A stretch of 64,000 bases of DNA from the NCBI GenBank assembly GCA_963771275.1, contig CAVYSW010000010.1, forward strand, positions 224,001-288,000, written 5' to 3'. The translations under genes and the position numbers were made by a program. The notes under the pieces are model-generated. The model saw only the letters and a program-made list of their open reading frames with translations, was not told the origin of the DNA and did not search any database. Positions 19,586-30,776 of this stretch are shown here, piece after piece (position 1 is the stretch's first letter; each line of letters begins with the position of its first letter). The stretch is from an uncultured Gemmatimonadales bacterium. GTDB taxonomy: Bacteria; Gemmatimonadota; Gemmatimonadetes; Gemmatimonadales; GWC2-71-9.

Positions 19586-19918
19586 CTAGAGCACGGCGTC
19601 CGCTTTCGCGGCGAGGACGAAGTCGCTTTCGGTGAGGCCGTCGATCGCGTGGGTCCAGATGGTGAGGCGCACCTTGCCCCACGCGAGAAAGACGTCGGGG
19701 TGGTGCCCCTCCTCTTCGGCCACCTGGGCCACGTGATTCACGAACGCCAGCGCATCCACGAAGTTCTTGAAGTGGTATTCCTTGTGCAGGTGATGGCCGT
19801 CCTGGATCTGCCAGTCGGCGTCCAGCTCCTGGAGCAGGCGCCGTTGCGCGTCGGCGGGCAGCGGCGGCGTGCCGCCGCGGCAGGGAACGCAGTGCTGCTT
19901 CGCGAGCGGGCTGATCAT
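19586..19918 (-). CDS. phhB: Pterin-4-alpha-carbinolamine dehydratase
   Basis: CVPCRGG, FKNFVDALAFVN, AEEEGHHPD, WTHAIDGLTESDFVLAAK. Confidence 0.92.
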   Translation of the reverse strand: MISPLAKQHCVPCRGGTPPLPADAQRRLLQELDADWQIQDGHHLHKEYHFKNFVDALAFVNHVAQVAEEEGHHPDVFLAWGKVRLTIWTHAIDGLTESDFVLAAKADAVL

Positions 19919-19925
19919 CGGTCTC

Positions 19926-20447
19926 CTAGAATCGCCATTGCAGGCCCAACCGGTCGCGGCCGGTGTACACCTCGAACGGCGTGAACGGGATGTTGCGCGG
20001 CTCGCTGTGTCCCGCGACGAGGTCGATCAGGAACATGCCGCCCGACAGCGCCAGGGAGACCTCACCGCCGAGCATCCAGCGACGCGCCTTGCCGTCGAGC
20101 CGCAGGGTCTCCTGAAAGAGCGCCTCGGCGTCCGGGTTCACGTACGTGCCGTCCGGATCGACAATGCAGTCTCCGCTCGCGTTGCGGCACATGGACTGGA
20201 GCCGGTCGTACACGGCGTCGGCGTCGCTCTTCTGCGCGATCGCCGCCGCCGCGAAGCCGATCGCGCCGGCCAGCAGCGGCCACTTTCCCCAGTGCGACAC
20301 GGTGACGTACCAGGGACGCGGGGTGGGGCTCCCGGGTTGCTGAGCCGATGCGGAGGGGCCGAAGGGCAGGGACGCGATGAGGAGCGCGAGCGCCATCGCT
20401 CCCGCTCCGGTCCTCTGCCCCCCTGCCCCTGCCGTCATCATCGCCAA
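19926..20447 (-). CDS. Hypothetical membrane/exported protein
   Basis: Signal-like N-terminus, two hydrophobic segments, C-terminal LGLQWRF; co-oriented between its neighbours; start uncertain. Confidence 0.65.
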   Translation of the reverse strand: MAMMTAGAGGQRTGAGAMALALLIASLPFGPSASAQQPGSPTPRPWYVTVSHWGKWPLLAGAIGFAAAAIAQKSDADAVYDRLQSMCRNASGDCIVDPDGTYVNPDAEALFQETLRLDGKARRWMLGGEVSLALSGGMFLIDLVAGHSEPRNIPFTPFEVYTGRDRLGLQWRF

Positions 20448-21532
20448 GCCTCCATGGTTCCCTTCCCGTCGATCACGAGCAAGACCCCGTGGCGGACGAT
20501 CGGCGGCTGCTCAATCGGGCCGGCGAGACGGGCCCGCCGCACGACCGTGTCACGCCCCACCAGCAGCACTTCGCCGGCGAGGGTGCCGATCAGAATGCCG
20601 TTCGCCACCGGCGCGGGCGACGCCCGGACGGGAGCGCCGAGACGGTCGCTCGTGTGGTCGTACGGGTTGGCCAGCGGGACCCGCCACAGCCGTCCCCCGA
20701 CCGACACCGCGAAGACGGTATCCCGGGCGATCACCGGCCCCCCAAAGATCGGTCCGTCGGTTCGGATCGACCAGAGGAGGGCGAGGTCGTGGCGTCCGAG
20801 ACCGAGGAGGAGCCCGTCCGGCGATGCCAGCACGATCGTATCTCCCTGCCACGCCGGGGACGCGATGACGGCGCCCAGGGCCGCGACGCTGTGGCGGACC
20901 GTCCCGTCGAGGGCGGCGAGGAGAAACAGCGAGTCGTCGCTGGCGACGAGGACGTCGTCTCCCAGGGCGGTGACGCCCGACCGGACGGGCCCGTGGAGCC
21001 GGCGGGTCCAGCGCCGCTGGCCGCCGGCGGGGGTGAGGGCCGTCACCTCGCCCGCCTCCGTCGCGACGATCACGAGCCCGTGTGCCGTGGCGATCGGTCC
21101 CACCACGGGTCCGACCTCCCGTCGCCACAGGCGCTTGCCGTCCTCGAGACGGTAGGCGTAGACCTGGGCCGACCGCCCCGCCGACGCGGCGTACACGCGG
21201 TCGCCGGCGATCAAGGGCCCTCCCGCGCCCGGTGCGCTGAGCCGTCTCCGCCAGATGGGTTTGCCCGACTCGAACTGCACCAGCGTGAGGTCGCGATCGG
21301 CACCGAGGACCGCGATCACCTGATCTCCCAGGGCGGGAGGGCCGGAGGCGGCCCGCCCGAGCCCCACCCGCCACCAGCGGTCGGGCTCCGGAGGGAGGGT
21401 CTCGTCTGCCGACGGCGCGCGCGTGCCCGACCCGAGCGGCTCGCTCCAGCCGCTGGGGTCGCTCGCCGGTCCGTGCATGATGCGCGGGGCGCACGCGCTC
21501 GCGTTGACACTCCCCAGGACGAGGGCTAGCAT
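20438..21532 (-). CDS. PQQ-like beta-propeller lipoprotein (BamB-like)
   Basis: Repeated G..W motifs (SGKPIWRR, DGKRLWRR, GGQRRWTR, LLWSI); possible lipobox ASAC; start approximate. Confidence 0.75.
   Translation of the reverse strand: MLALVLGSVNASACAPRIMHGPASDPSGWSEPLGSGTRAPSADETLPPEPDRWWRVGLGRAASGPPALGDQVIAVLGADRDLTLVQFESGKPIWRRRLSAPGAGGPLIAGDRVYAASAGRSAQVYAYRLEDGKRLWRREVGPVVGPIATAHGLVIVATEAGEVTALTPAGGQRRWTRRLHGPVRSGVTALGDDVLVASDDSLFLLAALDGTVRHSVAALGAVIASPAWQGDTIVLASPDGLLLGLGRHDLALLWSIRTDGPIFGGPVIARDTVFAVSVGGRLWRVPLANPYDHTSDRLGAPVRASPAPVANGILIGTLAGEVLLVGRDTVVRRARLAGPIEQPPIVRHGVLLVIDGKGTMEAWR
21504..21532 (+). promoter_or_regulatory. Sigma70-type promoter for asnS
   Basis: TTGACA (21504-09), 17-bp spacer, TAGCAT (21527-32); ATG 9 nt later with no SD. 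Confidence 0.65.
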
Positions 21533-21541
21533 TCCCGCCCC

Positions 21542-22840
21542 ATGCCTCAGACTGCGCGCATCAAGGACCTGCCGGCGCTGGCGGGGCAGACGGTCACCGT
21601 GCGCGGGTGGGTGATGACCACCCGATCGAGCGGGAAGATCGGCTTCCTGGTGTTGCGGGACGGGAGCGGGTACGTCCAGGCGGTCGCGCTGAAGAATGAG
21701 CTCGCGGCCGATGTCTGGGACCGGTTCAAGACCGTGACCCAGGAAACCGCCGTCGCGATCACCGGCGCCGCGCGCGTCGAGCCGCGCGCGCCCGGGGGCG
21801 TCGAGGTCGCGGTGCAGGGCATCGACGTGCTCGGTCCGAGCAGCGACTTCCCGATCACCCCCAAAGAGCACGGTACCGCCTTCCTGTTCGAGCATCGACA
21901 CCTCTGGCTCCGAAGCCGGCGCCAGGTGGCGATCATGCGGGTTCGTCACGAAGTCATCCAGGCCGTGCGCGATTTCTTCTACGAGCGCGACTTCGTGCTG
22001 GTGGACACGCCGCTGCTCACCGGCTCGATCGGCGAGTCGGCAGGCACCCTGTTCGAAACCCAGTACTTCGATCTGGGCAAGGCCTATCTGGCCCAGACGG
22101 GCCAGCTGTATCTCGAGGCCGCCGCCGCCGCGCTCGGGCGCGTCTACTGCTTCGGGCCCACCTTCCGGGCCGAGAAGTCGAAGACGCGTCGGCACCTCAC
22201 CGAGTTCTGGATGGTCGAGCCCGAAGTGGCCTGGAACGACTCGAACGATAATATGGGGCTCCAGGAGCAATTCGTCTCGTTCATCGTCGGCCGGGTCCTG
22301 GAGCGGCGGGGCGAGGAGCTCAAGGAGCTGGAGCGCGACACCGCGCCGCTCACCCGGGTCTCGCCGCCGTTCCCTCGGATCTCGTACACCGAGGCCGTCG
22401 CCAAGCTCCGGGAGCTGGGCAGCGATCTCGAGTGGGGCACCGACCTCGGCGGCGACGACGAAACCCTGCTCGCCCGGCAGTTCGATCGGCCGGTGTTCGT
22501 CTACAACTACCCGCGGCGCGTCAAGGCGTTCTACATGAAGCAGAACCCCGACGACCCGCGCACCGTACTCAACAACGACTGCCTGGCCCCGGAAGGGTAC
22601 GGCGAGATCATCGGCGGCAGCCAGCGGGAGGACGACTTGGACCTGCTGCGCGAGCGCATCCGCGAGCAGGGACTGCCCGAGGAGGCGTACGGCTGGTACC
22701 TCGACCTGCGGCGCTACGGGACCTTCGTGCACGCCGGCTTCGGCCTTGGCGTGGAACGGACCGTCGCGTGGATCTGCGGCATCCCCCACATCCGCGAGAC
22801 CATTGCGTTCCCGCGGATGATGTATCGGCTCTACCCATAG
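21542..22840 (+). CDS. asnS: Asparagine--tRNA ligase
   Basis: OB fold VRGWV..RSSGKIGF..RDGSG, RHLWLRS, YLAQTGQLYLE, FRAEKSKTRRHLTEF, GFGLGVER. Confidence 0.95.
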   Translation: MPQTARIKDLPALAGQTVTVRGWVMTTRSSGKIGFLVLRDGSGYVQAVALKNELAADVWDRFKTVTQETAVAITGAARVEPRAPGGVEVAVQGIDVLGPSSDFPITPKEHGTAFLFEHRHLWLRSRRQVAIMRVRHEVIQAVRDFFYERDFVLVDTPLLTGSIGESAGTLFETQYFDLGKAYLAQTGQLYLEAAAAALGRVYCFGPTFRAEKSKTRRHLTEFWMVEPEVAWNDSNDNMGLQEQFVSFIVGRVLERRGEELKELERDTAPLTRVSPPFPRISYTEAVAKLRELGSDLEWGTDLGGDDETLLARQFDRPVFVYNYPRRVKAFYMKQNPDDPRTVLNNDCLAPEGYGEIIGGSQREDDLDLLRERIREQGLPEEAYGWYLDLRRYGTFVHAGFGLGVERTVAWICGIPHIRETIAFPRMMYRLYP

Positions 22841-22845
22841 CGACA

Positions 22846-22885
22846 GGTGAGCGGGAAGTGGGGCAGGGACGAGGTCCCGCTCATC
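22846..22885. terminator. Hairpin between convergent asnS and mazG
   Basis: TGAGCGGGA (22848-56)/TCCCGCTCA (22875-83), extendable by 2 pairs. Confidence 0.5.
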
Positions 22886-23735
22886 TCTGCCCGTCTCCCC
22901 CTCTGTCCCGCCTCTCTGCCGTCTTCGCTTCATCCCACAGCCGATCGAGCGCTTCCAGTCCCGCCGTGTGAATGTCGAGGCCGCGGTCCGCGGCGAGGCG
23001 CTCGACCGCGCGGAAGCGACGGGCGAATCGGCGGTTGGCCGACTCGAGCGCGGCACGCGGATCCAGCCCCGCCTTGCGGGCCAGGTTCACCGCGGCGAAC
23101 AGCAGGTCGCCGACCTCGTGCTCGAGCCGGGCGCGGTCTGCACCATCGGCGAGCTCCTCGGTCAGCTCACCGGTTTCCTCGCGGACCTTGTCGAGCGGCC
23201 CGTGCCAGTCCGGCCAGTCGAACCCGACGCCCGCCGCACGTTCCTGAAGTCTGAAGGCCATGATGAGCGCCGGCATCGCGGGCGGGAGTCCGTCCAGGAC
23301 GCTGGGACCGTCTTCACCGTCGCGCTCGCGCAGCTTGAGCCGCTCCCAATTCGCCTTGACCTGCTGGGCGGTCACCTGCCGCGCGGCTCGATCCCCGCCC
23401 ACCTGCCCCTCACCCCCCTCACCCCCTCCTCCCGGGAACAGATGCGGATGCCGCCGCCACATCTTCGCTTCCACCTGCCGGGCGAGATCCTCGGAGCCGA
23501 ACTGTCCGCGCTCCTCGGCGAGGACGATCTGAAACGCGAGGTGGAGCAACAGATCTCCCAGCTCGACCCGGATGGCCTGTGCGTCGTTCTGCCCCAACGC
23601 ATGGTCGAGCTCAAAGACCTCCTCCATCAGATACGGACGGAGGGTCTGGGGAGTCTGCGCTCCGTCCCACGGGCAGCGCCGGCGGAGATCGCGCACGAGC
23701 TCGACGATGCGTCCAAGCCCTGATGGTTCTTGCAT
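22881..23735 (-). CDS. mazG: Nucleoside triphosphate pyrophosphohydrolase MazG
   Basis: CPWDGAQT, EEVFE, ELGDLL, RRHPHLF, GFDW, KVREE, EVGDLLF, NRRFARRF. Confidence 0.94.
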   Translation of the reverse strand: MQEPSGLGRIVELVRDLRRRCPWDGAQTPQTLRPYLMEEVFELDHALGQNDAQAIRVELGDLLLHLAFQIVLAEERGQFGSEDLARQVEAKMWRRHPHLFPGGGGEGGEGQVGGDRAARQVTAQQVKANWERLKLRERDGEDGPSVLDGLPPAMPALIMAFRLQERAAGVGFDWPDWHGPLDKVREETGELTEELADGADRARLEHEVGDLLFAAVNLARKAGLDPRAALESANRRFARRFRAVERLAADRGLDIHTAGLEALDRLWDEAKTAERRDRGGDGQR

Positions 23736-23759
23736 TTGGCTCCTCTCGCCGGTTACAAT
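23730..23759 (+). promoter_or_regulatory. Putative sigma70 promoter for alr
   Basis: TTGCAT (23730-35), 18-bp spacer, TACAAT (23754-59). Confidence 0.5.
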
Positions 23760-23777
23760 ACCGGCCCCGTGGTGACC

Positions 23778-24848
23778 ATGTCAACGCACACGTCGAACGG
23801 CCGCGCCTGGGTCGAGGTCGACCTCGCCAATCTGATCGGGAACGCGCGTGCCGTGCTCGATCAGGCTCCCGGATCCCGGCTGCTGCCCATGGTGAAGGCG
23901 GATGCCTACGGGGTGGGGGCGGTGATGTGCGCCCGGGCCCTCGAGCGGACCGACCCCTGGGGGTTTGGCGTCGCCACGGTTTCGGAGGCCATCCAGCTCC
24001 GCCAGGCGGGGATCGGGCGGCCGATCCTGGTATTCACACCGGCCCAGCCCGCGCAGCTCGACACCTACCGCGAGCATGACCTTCGCGCGGTCCTCGACCG
24101 ACCGGAGCTCATCAGCATCTGGACCCTGCCGTTCCACCTCGAGATCGACACGGGCATGGCGCGGTGCGGGGTGCGGTGGGACGATAGCGCGGCGTTGGCG
24201 CGGTGCGCCTCGCCGCAGCTCGAAGGGGTGTTCACCCATCTGTACGCCGCGGATGCCGATCCGACGAGCGTCGCCCCGCAGTGGAAGCGGTTCACCGAGG
24301 CCCGGCGCCGGTTGGGCATGTCGCCGCGCCTCGTGCACGTGGCGAACAGCGCCGGCGCCTGGCGCCTGCGCCAGGAGCTCGCCCTCGTGCGCCCGGGGAT
24401 CTACCTGTACGGTGGGCGGATGGCACCCGACCTACCGTCGCCGCTGCCGGTGGCGACACTCCGCGCTCCGGTGGTGAGCCTCCGGCGGGTGGGCGCCGGT
24501 GACTCGGTGAGCTACGGGGGTGACTGGCGCGCCTCCCATCCCACCACCGTGGCCACGCTCGGCGTCGGATATGCCGACGGGGTTCCCCGTGCCGTGCAGG
24601 GGCGGGCTCACACGCTGCTCGGCGGACGGCGCCACCCCATCGTCGGCCGCGTGACCATGGATTTCGTGATGGTGGATCTCGGACCGGCGCCGCCGCCCGT
24701 GGCGGTCGGCGACGTTGCCACGCTGATCGGGCGTGACGGCGATGACGCGATCACCCTGGACGAGTTCGCCGGCTGGGCTGGCAGTATCTCCTACGAGGTG
24801 CTCGCCCGACTGGGAGCGCGCGTGGAGCGCCGGTACGGCGGGGGCTAG
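23778..24848 (+). CDS. alr: Alanine racemase
   Basis: RAWVEVDL, VKADAYG (PLP Lys), IDTGMAR, HVANSA, VRPGI, VSYGG, GYADG, GRVTMD, ISYE. Confidence 0.95.
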   Translation: MSTHTSNGRAWVEVDLANLIGNARAVLDQAPGSRLLPMVKADAYGVGAVMCARALERTDPWGFGVATVSEAIQLRQAGIGRPILVFTPAQPAQLDTYREHDLRAVLDRPELISIWTLPFHLEIDTGMARCGVRWDDSAALARCASPQLEGVFTHLYAADADPTSVAPQWKRFTEARRRLGMSPRLVHVANSAGAWRLRQELALVRPGIYLYGGRMAPDLPSPLPVATLRAPVVSLRRVGAGDSVSYGGDWRASHPTTVATLGVGYADGVPRAVQGRAHTLLGGRRHPIVGRVTMDFVMVDLGPAPPPVAVGDVATLIGRDGDDAITLDEFAGWAGSISYEVLARLGARVERRYGGG

Positions 24849-25111
24849 CGGGGCACAGCCGGAGTGCTGCGGGGTTCTACGGGGGGCCGCCGCCAGACGA
24901 CGCGACTGGTCGCTCGCCGGGCCCCTGAGCGAGGTCGGATGGCGACCACGATCCCGCGAGGCCGGGCCCGCCGCGCGGGAGAAGGCGCCCGATGCGGGGC
25001 GCGGCGCCGGCATCCAGGCGATGACCCACGGAACGGCGCAGTGCGGCGAGCGGGCCGGTTATCTTAGGATCAGTCGGGGAGCCGGGACTTCATTCCCGGA
25101 ACGAGCGTGCC

Positions 25112-25501
25112 GTGGATGACGCGCTGATCGCCGCCGCCCGTGCGGCGCAGGCCAACGCGCACGCCCCGTACAGCGATTTTCGCGTTGGGGCGGCGTTGCA
25201 GGTCGACGACGGGCGCGTGTTCCTCGGCGCGAACGTCGAGAACGCGTCGTTCGGCCTCACCATCTGCGCGGAGCGCGTGGCCGTCGCGTGCGCGATCACG
25301 GCCGGGGCGCGGCGGTTTACCCGCCTGGTCGTGGTGACCGACGCCGACCCGCCCGCGGCGCCGTGTGGTGCCTGCCGCCAGGTGCTCGCGGAGTTCGGCG
25401 ACGGGTTGCTGGTCGAAGCGGTCGGGCCGCGCGGGCGGCGCGCGTGGCGATTGGACGAGCTGTTGCCGGACCGTTTCGGCCCGGCCGATCTGGGTCGGTG
25501 A
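25112..25501 (+). CDS. cdd: Cytidine deaminase (homotetrameric type)
   Basis: [36 protein letters not shown]. Confidence 0.95.
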   Translation: MDDALIAAARAAQANAHAPYSDFRVGAALQVDDGRVFLGANVENASFGLTICAERVAVACAITAGARRFTRLVVVTDADPPAAPCGACRQVLAEFGDGLLVEAVGPRGRRAWRLDELLPDRFGPADLGR

Positions 25502-26766
25502 AAGGAAGGCACGTGGAGCGAGGGGCGCGGAGCGGGACGGTGGGGGTGGCGGCGGCAGCGGTCGGTGTGGTCGTCGTGGCGCTGCTGGCGGCGTGCGGCG
25601 AGGACCTGCTCGCGCCCGGCAACGGCACGTGCCCGGCGTACTGTCCTCCGGAGCGCGTCAGCGCGATCGACTCGATTCTGGCGGACAACATCGAGCGGGA
25701 CACCGCGGTCGTCGGCTACGTGCTGCCGTACGAGGCGGGCGGCCTGCAGCTCGTGAGCGATTCCACCGCCCCGGTGCTGAAGGAGAGCCGAGGGGTCTTC
25801 CGCTTCCTGCCGTTCCCCGACAGCGTGCTGCTCAATGCGGGTGACACGGTTCCCGTTCCCGTGGCCCAGGTGGACTCCTTTTCCCTGCAATTCGCCGTCC
25901 GTGACCGCTCCCTGCTGCAAACGGGTCTCGCGCTGGTGGTGTACCGCCTCCCGGTGACGGTGGATTCGACGACGTCGTTCGCGGACCTGGATCCCTACTT
26001 CGCGGATTCGGCCCAGATCGCGGTCATCCCGGTGGGGGACTCCGTGATCGACGCCACGGTGACGGTGCGGCTCGATCCGGGCGTGTTCCCCACGTTCGAC
26101 CAGGACGGGCGTCAGGCGGCGGTCGGGGTGCTGTTGCGCGCCCCGACGGGCGGGGTCCTCGTGCTCGGGGCGGTGGATGGGAACGACGGGGCCGTGCTGC
26201 AGCGGTACCTGCAGGTCGATTCGGCGGGCACCGGCGTGGCGCGCTCGGACGGCAAGCTGCCGGCATTCGACACGTTCGTGGCGCCGCCCCGGGCGGAGCC
26301 CGGCCCGGGCATCCTGCGCGTCGGCGGCGCTCCGTCGGCCCGGGCGCTGCTGCGGGTGAATCTGCCGCCGAGGATCGCCGACTCCTCCACCATCGTGCGG
26401 GCCACGCTGCTGCTGCTGCCCGCGGCACCGGTGTTCGGTGCCCCGGGGGATTCCCTGCGGATCATCGCGGCGGGCGTCGGGGTGGACGTCGGCGCGAAGT
26501 CTCCCGTCCTCGGGGTGTCCAGCGACTCGGTGGCCCGCCTCTTGGCGACGCTCCCACCCGGGTACACCGACACGGTGCGACTCGACGTCACGACCCTCGT
26601 GGTCGGGTGGGCCGCGGACTCGACCCGGCCGCGGACCCTCGTGCTGCGGGCCATCCCCGAGGGCAACGGCTTCGCCGAGCTGTGGTTCGGCTCGAGCGCG
26701 TCGGGCGCGATGCGGCCGCGACTCGAGGTCACCTTCGTCCCGCCGATCACGCTCGGAGGCCGGTAG
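25498..26766 (+). CDS. Hypothetical outer-membrane lipoprotein
   Basis: GTGA overlap with cdd; lipobox LLAAC; beta-rich body; ends RPRLEVTF. Confidence 0.75.
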   Translation: MKGRHVERGARSGTVGVAAAAVGVVVVALLAACGEDLLAPGNGTCPAYCPPERVSAIDSILADNIERDTAVVGYVLPYEAGGLQLVSDSTAPVLKESRGVFRFLPFPDSVLLNAGDTVPVPVAQVDSFSLQFAVRDRSLLQTGLALVVYRLPVTVDSTTSFADLDPYFADSAQIAVIPVGDSVIDATVTVRLDPGVFPTFDQDGRQAAVGVLLRAPTGGVLVLGAVDGNDGAVLQRYLQVDSAGTGVARSDGKLPAFDTFVAPPRAEPGPGILRVGGAPSARALLRVNLPPRIADSSTIVRATLLLLPAAPVFGAPGDSLRIIAAGVGVDVGAKSPVLGVSSDSVARLLATLPPGYTDTVRLDVTTLVVGWAADSTRPRTLVLRAIPEGNGFAELWFGSSASGAMRPRLEVTFVPPITLGGR

Positions 26767-27902
26767 TGCGCGCTCCCCTGCTCGTTCTGGCGGTCGGCGC
26801 GGCGCTGGCGGTCGGGGTGCCGGATCTCGCCGCCCAGAACTCGGTCTACGGCATCCGCGGCCTGGGTTTTCCCAGCCGGTCGGTCAGCGTGCCGGGGCGC
26901 GCCTTGGGTGGCGGCACGGCGGCGTTCGACTTCGCGTCGCCGATCAACCCGGCGGCGGTCGCCGGCTTCCAGCAAGTCGTCGCCCTCGCGATGTCGAGCA
27001 CGGATTTCCGGCGCTACTCGATCGACACGGTCGCGGTGACCGGTCGCCACGCCACGCGGTTCCCCCTCGTGCTCGTCGGCGGGCGCGCGGGGCACCTGCC
27101 GATCGGCTACGCGGTGAGCTTCACGTCGTACACCGAGCGGTCGTACGACATCACGCTGACGGACACGATCTCGCTGCGCAACCAGCCGGTGCAGGTCACC
27201 GATCACATGATCTCGCGGGGCGGTACCACCGACCTGCGGTTCGCGCTCGGCTGGCAGGCCGGGAGCCGGCTCCGCGTGGGGGCCGCGCTGCACGTGATCT
27301 CCGGGTCGGCCAAGCTCGCCCTGCGGCGCGAGTTCTCGGACAGCGCCTACCGGCCGTTCATCCGCACCAATGACGAGCGGGCGGACGGGATGGGCATCTC
27401 CGCGGGACTGGTCTGGACGCCGGACGATCGCGTGGCGATCGGGCTCGCGGGCCGGACCGACACCAGGGCGAACCTCAAGGTGGATTCCGTGCCCTCCGGG
27501 GCCATCGACCTGCCGGTGTCCCTCGTCGCCGGTGTTCAGCTCGTGCCGCACCGGGCGGTCCGCTGGAGCACCACGGCGACGTGGCGGTCGTGGTCACAGG
27601 CGCAGGGGGACCTCGTCGCCCACGCCTTCGACACGTGGGAGGTGGGCAGCGGCATCGAGCTGGGCGGCCCCGAATCCGGCGCGTCGCGCATTCCCCTGCG
27701 CCTGGGCGTTCGCTACGCCACGTTGGCGTTCTCCCCAACCGATCAGCAGCCCCACGAGCTCGAGTTTGCGCTCGGCTCGGGGATCGTGTTTGCCGACCGG
27801 CGCGGCGTCATCGACCTCGCGCTGGAGCGGGTGCTGCGCGATGGGGCGGGCGCCAGCGAGCGGGCGTGGCAGCTGTCGGTGATGATGACCGTTCGGCCGT
27901 GA
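26766..27902 (+). CDS. Outer-membrane beta-barrel protein (FadL/PorV-like superfamily)
   Basis: Signal peptide, SVYGIRGLG...RALGG...INPAA N-terminal plug motif, alternating amphipathic beta strands. Confidence 0.65.
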   Translation: MRAPLLVLAVGAALAVGVPDLAAQNSVYGIRGLGFPSRSVSVPGRALGGGTAAFDFASPINPAAVAGFQQVVALAMSSTDFRRYSIDTVAVTGRHATRFPLVLVGGRAGHLPIGYAVSFTSYTERSYDITLTDTISLRNQPVQVTDHMISRGGTTDLRFALGWQAGSRLRVGAALHVISGSAKLALRREFSDSAYRPFIRTNDERADGMGISAGLVWTPDDRVAIGLAGRTDTRANLKVDSVPSGAIDLPVSLVAGVQLVPHRAVRWSTTATWRSWSQAQGDLVAHAFDTWEVGSGIELGGPESGASRIPLRLGVRYATLAFSPTDQQPHELEFALGSGIVFADRRGVIDLALERVLRDGAGASERAWQLSVMMTVRP

Positions 27903-29151
27903 CGCGCGTCTACCTCCACACGTTCGGCTGCAAGGCCAACCAGTACGACAGCGAAGTGGTCCGCCAGGCGCTCGCGGCCGCGGGCGCGAGCACAGTGGAC
28001 GATCCGCGGCACGCCGACGCCGCCGTGGTGAATTCGTGCACCGTCACGCACACCGGCGAGGCCAAGATGCGCGGTCTGGTGCGGCGGCTCGCCCGGCGGC
28101 GTCCGGGGATCCGCACGGTGGTCATGGGCTGCGCCGCGGCGGTGGATGACGGCGCCATCGCGGCGCTGCCCGGGGTGACGGGCGTGGTGGCGGGCGCGGA
28201 CGCCGCGGCGGTGCTCGCGGCCCTGGCCCTCCCGCCGGCGCCGGCCGAGCGCCTGCTGCGGACGTTCGATCGGGGAAGCCGCGCGTGGCTCAAGGTCCAG
28301 GACGGCTGCGACGAGCACTGTACGTTCTGCGCGACCGTGATCGCCCGCGGCGCGAACCGGTCGCGGCCGGTCGACGACCTGGTGGCGGAGGCCACGCTCC
28401 TGTCACGTCACGCGCGAGAAATCGTGCTGACGGGTGTGCACCTCGGCGCCTACGGACGCGATCTCCCCGGCGCGTGCTCGCTGGGGGCGCTCGTCGCGGC
28501 GCTCGTCAGGGCGGTCCCGGTGGTCCGCTTCCGGCTCTCGTCGGTCGAGGCCACCGAGATCGACGACCGGCTCGAGGACCTGATGGCGACCCGGCCGGAC
28601 CGCCTGGCGCCCCACGTCCACGCCCCGCTGCAGAGCGGCTCCGATACGGTGCTCAAGCGCATGGGACGGCATTGGTACACCAGTGGCGCGTACCGGCGCC
28701 GGATCGAGACGCTCGCTGCGCGGCTCCCCGTGCTCGGTCTTGGGGCCGACGTGATCGTGGGCTTCCCGGGCGAGACCGACGCGGACCATCAGGCCACCCG
28801 GGCGCTGGTTGCCGACCTCCCGTTCACCTACCTGCACGTGTTCCCCTACTCCGAACGACCCGATGCGTCCGCGCGCCGGCTGGGTCCCCCGGTCGCGCCA
28901 GAGGTCGTGCGGACCCGCAGCGCCGAGCTCCGCGCGTTGGCCTCCGCCGCCGGCGACGCGCACGCCGCCCGGCGCCACGGCGGGATCGCGGACGCCGTGC
29001 TGCTCGATCGCCGCCGCGGGCGGTTCACGGCGCTGACGGAGGACTACCTCACGGTCCGCGTCGCGCCGACCGGCGACGGGCCGCCACCGGCGCGCTTCCG
29101 GGCGCGCCTGACCCGCGGCGGCGACGGCGTCGCCGCCGTGCCGACGGCGTC

Positions 29152-29155
<4 letters not shown>
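27899..29155 (+). CDS. mtaB: tRNA t6A37 methylthiotransferase (MtaB-like)
   Basis: TFGCKANQYDS, NSCTVT, KVQDGCDEHCTFC, EIVLTGVHLG, RFRLSSVE, YLHVFPYSER. Confidence 0.88.
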
Positions 29156-30470
<1,315 letters not shown>

Positions 30471-30474
<4 letters not shown>

Positions 30475-30761
30475 GGAACCTCAACGAAGACGTCGTCGCG
30501 CGCGAGTACGAGCGCCTGCGTCCCACGTTCCCGGATTTCTGCGGGTGCGAGACCTGCCGGGACGACGTCATGGTCTTCGCCCTGAACCGCGTGAAACCCC
30601 ACTACGTCACCCAGCGTCGCGGGGCGGTGCTCGCGCGCGTGCGGATGGAGCGCGATCAGGAAGTGGCGGACATGTCGGTGGCCCTCGTGGAGGGTTTCCG
30701 GCGGGTCCACGAGTCACCGCGGCCGGACCACGATCGACCGGCGGGCCCGCCCGACGGCTGA
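30471..30761 (+). CDS. ComFB-family protein (apparent ATA start)
   Basis: (I/M)RNLNEDVV...FCGCETCRDDVMVFALNRVKPHYV matches ComFB pattern CxCxxC..D..ALN..P.Y. Confidence 0.8.
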
Positions 30762-30776
30762 GTTAGGTGGGCGGCT

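Noticed and set aside
21533..23056. N-terminal extension of the 872-aa minus ORF
   Set aside because: It is the antisense of asnS; only the 20438-21532 part looks like a real protein.
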